From NCBI GenBank assembly GCA_003009755.1, contig PXUB01000019.1, forward strand, positions 22,986-74,661: a stretch of DNA of 51,676 bases. Reading direction: 5' to 3'. The position numbers and the translations under genes are program-made. The first letter of the stretch is position 1, and the number at the start of each line of letters is the position of its first letter. The notes under the pieces were generated by a model. It had not been told where the DNA came from. It worked only from the letters and a program-made list of their open reading frames with translations, and searched no databases. This stretch comes from Thermoplasmatales archaeon SW_10_69_26. Lineage in GTDB: Archaea; Thermoplasmatota; SW-10-69-26. Positions 49,077 to 51,676 of this stretch are shown piece by piece.

Positions 49077-49400
49077 TCAGAGGCCGAGTCTGCGGCGAAG
49101 CGTCCGCCGGCTGATCCCGTGCTTCTTCGCGGCGGCTCGGATGCTCATCCCGGCCTCCAGATCCTCGCGGACAGCCTCGGTGTCCACCTCGACCCTCGGC
49201 CGGCCGCCTCGGCTCTGGCTATCCTCGTCGCTGGTTGTCTCGCTGTCGCTCACGTCGATCACCTTGGAGAAAACGGGGGGAGGCCCCGCCACCGAGGGCG
49301 GGGCTACGGGCTCCGAGCCCACCGATACCGGGGGTTCAACCGGCGCAAATCGATGGGCGATTCCCCTTAGGCCGGGAAGCGCACCCGGCCTGTCCCACTT
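49077..49400 (-). CDS. 3' part of an att-split HTH gene (Hin/Fis-like HTH)
   Basis: KWDRPGALPG...GGRPRVEVDTEAVREDLEAGMSIRAAAKKHGISRRTLRRRLGL*; same frame across the core as the ATG at 36033. Confidence 0.6.
   Translation of the reverse strand, partial: KWDRPGALPGLRGIAHRFAPVEPPVSVGSEPVAPPSVAGPPPVFSKVIDVSDSETTSDEDSQSRGGRPRVEVDTEAVREDLEAGMSIRAAAKKHGISRRTLRRRLGL
49385..49400 (+). other. attR core
   Basis: CCGGCCTGTCCCACTT identical to 35994-36009; flanked by the inverted arm repeat. Confidence 0.85.
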
Positions 49401-49432
49401 CTCCGATAGTCTCCGACTGCCCCACAGCTTAG

Positions 49433-49758
49433 CGTGGGACAGGCCGGACGAGCACGAACGACCGCAGACACGGTGCCGATGGGCGTTCGTGCGAAGTTCG
49501 AGACCGCCAGGCCCACCACGCCACGGCGGTCTCGAAGGCCCGCAGAACACGACGCCTCCGCGAAGGCCGGACTCGAATGCACACGGCTCGCGCGATCGGT
49601 GTCGAGCCGTGGCAGCTCCAAGGCCGCCCGACCCCGTCGGCCTTGGACCCGAGTACGAACCGGCCAGCGGATGCCGTAGCGAAGGCCGGTTCGTGCGAAG
49701 TTGGAGGTCGCCGCGATGGTCGTGGAGGGCGACCTCCAAGAGTCCGGCCTGTCCCACG
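49433..49758. other. Multi-hairpin structured segment closed by 17-bp inverted tRNA-Phe/att fragments
   Basis: CGTGGGACAGGCCGGAC (49433-49449) pairs with 49742-49758; six internal hairpins; duplicated module with compensatory changes. Confidence 0.7.
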
Positions 49759-50106
49759 TCTTCGAGGCCGATACCTCAGGGAATCCCTTCGGCAGACGGC
49801 CCTGAGCGCTCGCGCTGACCGTGTCGGCCTGCATCGGAATCCCGCTTCGGGGATCCCTGCTTCGCCCCCCTTGTCAGCGACCGCTCAGGTTGGGCGGTGG
49901 CTGCGGGCATTCTGCCTCGGTCCGTCCCTGTCGGATCAGCCTCTCGAAGCGTTGAACCGATCGACGTTTGGCTCATCCCGCAGCGATCGCAGGCCTGCTC
50001 GTCGGCCGCCCCGCGAGCTGACGCCGCTGGTCCCCAGCTGGCGCCGGCCCGACACGATCAACCCCCCACTCCTTTCCTCTGCCTTCCCCTTCCGGTGCTT
50101 GCTTCG

Positions 50107-51222
50107 ATGCGAACCGAGCACCGGATCCACGTCAGCGACGCGCGCGAGATGACCGAGCTGGAGGAGGGCTCGGTCCAGCTCGTCGTCACCTCGCCGCCCT
50201 ACCCGATGATCGAGATGTGGGACGAGCTGTTCGCCGACCTGGATCCGGCCATCGGCGAGGCGCTGGCGGCCGAGGACGGCGAGCAGGCGTTCGACCGGAT
50301 GCACGCCCTGTTGGCTCAGACGTGGAGCGAGGTCCACCGCGTGCTGGAGCCGGGCGGGATCGCGTGCATCAACGTGGGCGATGCCACTCGCAGCCTGGCC
50401 GACAGCTTCCGGATGTGGCCCAACCACGTGCGCGTGATCGAGGCGTTCACCGAGCTGGGCTTCCAGCCGCTGCCGGACATCCTGTGGCGCAAACCAGCGA
50501 ACAGCGCGGCGAAGTTCATGGGCTCGGGCATGCTGCCGCCCAACGCCTACGCCACGCTCGAGCACGAGTACATCCTCGTCTTCCGCAAGGGCAGGCGTCG
50601 ATCCTTCGAGCCCAACGCCGACCGCCGCTACGAGGCGGCCTACTTCTGGGAGGAGCGCAACCAGTGGTTCTCGGACGTGTGGATGGACGTCCGCGGGACC
50701 CTGCAGGACTTGGACGACTCTGAGCTACGAGAGCGCTCAGCGGCCTTCCCGTTCGAGCTCCCCTATCGGCTGATTAGCATGTACACAGCCTACGAAGACA
50801 CGGTTCTCGATCCTTTCTGGGGGACCGGGACGACGACGATGGCCGCGATGGCCGCTGGCCGAAGTTCTGTCGGTTACGAGATCGAGGACGAGTTCACGAG
50901 CTACTTCGAGGAGCGCGTAACGGACATCCAGAGGCTTTCGCGCCAAGTCGGGCTCGACCGCCTTCAGCGCCATCGGGAATTCGTGGAGGAACGCCAGGCG
51001 GACAGGAAGTCCTTGAACTACGACGCTGAGAACTACGAGTTCCCTGTGACGACGAAGCAAGAGAAGAACCTGCAACTCTACGCGGCTGACGATGTCCGAG
51101 GATCTTCCGACAGGTACGTTGTAGAGCACACCCCCCTTTCGAGCCAGGATGGAGGGACCGTCCCCTCAGGGCCTAACGGGCGACAAGAGGACGGACAGAC
51201 CTCCCTCTCGAGGTCGTTGTGA
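50107..51222 (+). CDS. Orphan site-specific DNA methyltransferase, SPPY (likely N4-cytosine, beta class; resembles haloarchaeal Zim-type enzymes)
   Basis: VQLVVTSPPYPMIEMWD, INVGD, ILWRKP, EHEYILVFRKG, VLDPFWGTGTT. Confidence 0.9.
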   Translation: MRTEHRIHVSDAREMTELEEGSVQLVVTSPPYPMIEMWDELFADLDPAIGEALAAEDGEQAFDRMHALLAQTWSEVHRVLEPGGIACINVGDATRSLADSFRMWPNHVRVIEAFTELGFQPLPDILWRKPANSAAKFMGSGMLPPNAYATLEHEYILVFRKGRRRSFEPNADRRYEAAYFWEERNQWFSDVWMDVRGTLQDLDDSELRERSAAFPFELPYRLISMYTAYEDTVLDPFWGTGTTTMAAMAAGRSSVGYEIEDEFTSYFEERVTDIQRLSRQVGLDRLQRHREFVEERQADRKSLNYDAENYEFPVTTKQEKNLQLYAADDVRGSSDRYVVEHTPLSSQDGGTVPSGPNGRQEDGQTSLSRSL

Positions 51223-51261
51223 TCCACGCCGCGGTTCTGCGAGCGGTCTGGGGCCGAAGAC

Positions 51262-51408
51262 TGGGCGAAACCGCGCCAGGCATAGGCGAAACACCGCGTA
51301 TCTCGCCTGACCTTCCCCTGCCGGCCGGCCGCTCGTTGCTCACTCACCATCTCAGGGTCTGAGCCTCCGCCGCAACGTCCGCCGATCGATCCCGTGCTTC
51401 TTCACGGC
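51262..51408. repeat. Diverged copy of 48985-49135 (21-bp-period repeats plus 3' end of the HTH gene)
   Basis: tgggcgaaaccgcgccaggcataggcgaaa...ccatctcag; minus strand encodes AVKKHGIDRRTLRRRLRP*. Confidence 0.85.
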
Positions 51409-51493
51409 TACGAGCTCGATCCCGAGCTGGTGGCTTACGTCGACCGGCGCGTGGATGACGTCGACAGCCTCTCGCGCCGGGTGGCGGCCCAGG

Positions 51494-51676
51494 TCACACC
51501 CAGCCCAGCAGCGTGGCGGTGAGCAGCCCCAGCCAGAGCGCGCTGCCGGTCACCAGGGTCGCGTTGAAGCGGCTGATGCGGGCGGCCCGCCAGGCGCTGC
51601 CCTCCCGGCGTTGCTGGGTGCCGATCAACGCGAGCCCGGTCGGGAGCGCGAGCGCGAGCTCGATCACGGTGGCCCA
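51494..51676 (-). CDS. 3' end of a membrane protein continuing beyond the window
   Basis: WATVIELALALPTGLALIG...LVTGSALWLGLLTATLLGWV*; host-like GC. Confidence 0.55.
   Translation of the reverse strand, partial: WATVIELALALPTGLALIGTQQRREGSAWRAARISRFNATLVTGSALWLGLLTATLLGWV

Larger units (their letters stand above)
35994..49400. mobile_element. tRNA-Phe-integrated element (integrase + Prim-Pol + defence cargo), ~13.4 kb
   Basis: Identical 16-bp CCGGCCTGTCCCACTT at both ends; integrase next to the tRNA; lower GC than backbone; inverted arm repeats at 36019-36038 and 49348-49367. Confidence 0.9.

Noticed and set aside
49740-49757. 18-bp tRNA match as attR of the integrase element
   Set aside because: Slightly longer on the 5' side, but lacks the post-tRNA TT and the inverted arm repeat that mark 49385-49400; kept as a secondary or older att

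Overview
High-GC archaeal DNA with a strongly acidic proteome. The archaeal-type DnaG closely resembles Thermoplasmatota DnaGs as I recall them, and UPF0058, UPF0146 and archaeal BRE/TATA-like promoters are present, so the host is inferred to be a halophilic archaeon, probably Thermoplasmatota. Bases 1-35.9 kb are chromosomal backbone: a beta-helix surface protein, a signalling cluster (membrane histidine kinase, a 1514-aa REC-PAS-LOV-GAF histidine kinase, two degenerate kinase-like/receiver pairs), 2-oxoacid dehydrogenase E1alpha and E2, an MFS transporter, a LeuB/Icd-family dehydrogenase, a membrane-tethered wHTH regulator, a hydrolase/lipid operon interrupted by an 89-90 bp hairpin array, citrate synthase, an S8 protease, rimI, dnaG, and a membrane Ser/Thr kinase convergent with an ArsR-FHA regulator. 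At tRNA-Phe(GAA) (35934-36006) a lower-GC, ~13.4 kb integrative element is inserted between identical 16-bp att cores (35994-36009 and 49385-49400). It carries a tyrosine integrase, a Prim-Pol, a Zn-ribbon protein, a type III R-M system whose mod gene is split by a 341-bp MITE, and a Sir2-HerA-KTSC operon. The most striking observation is that the att core lies inside a split HTH gene: its Shine-Dalgarno and ATG sit at attL just after the integrase stop, its HTH body sits at attR in the same frame, so the gene would be complete only in the excised circle. Beyond attR lie a highly structured ~326-bp segment bounded by inverted tRNA-Phe 3' fragments, an SPPY methyltransferase, and a relic of a related element end.
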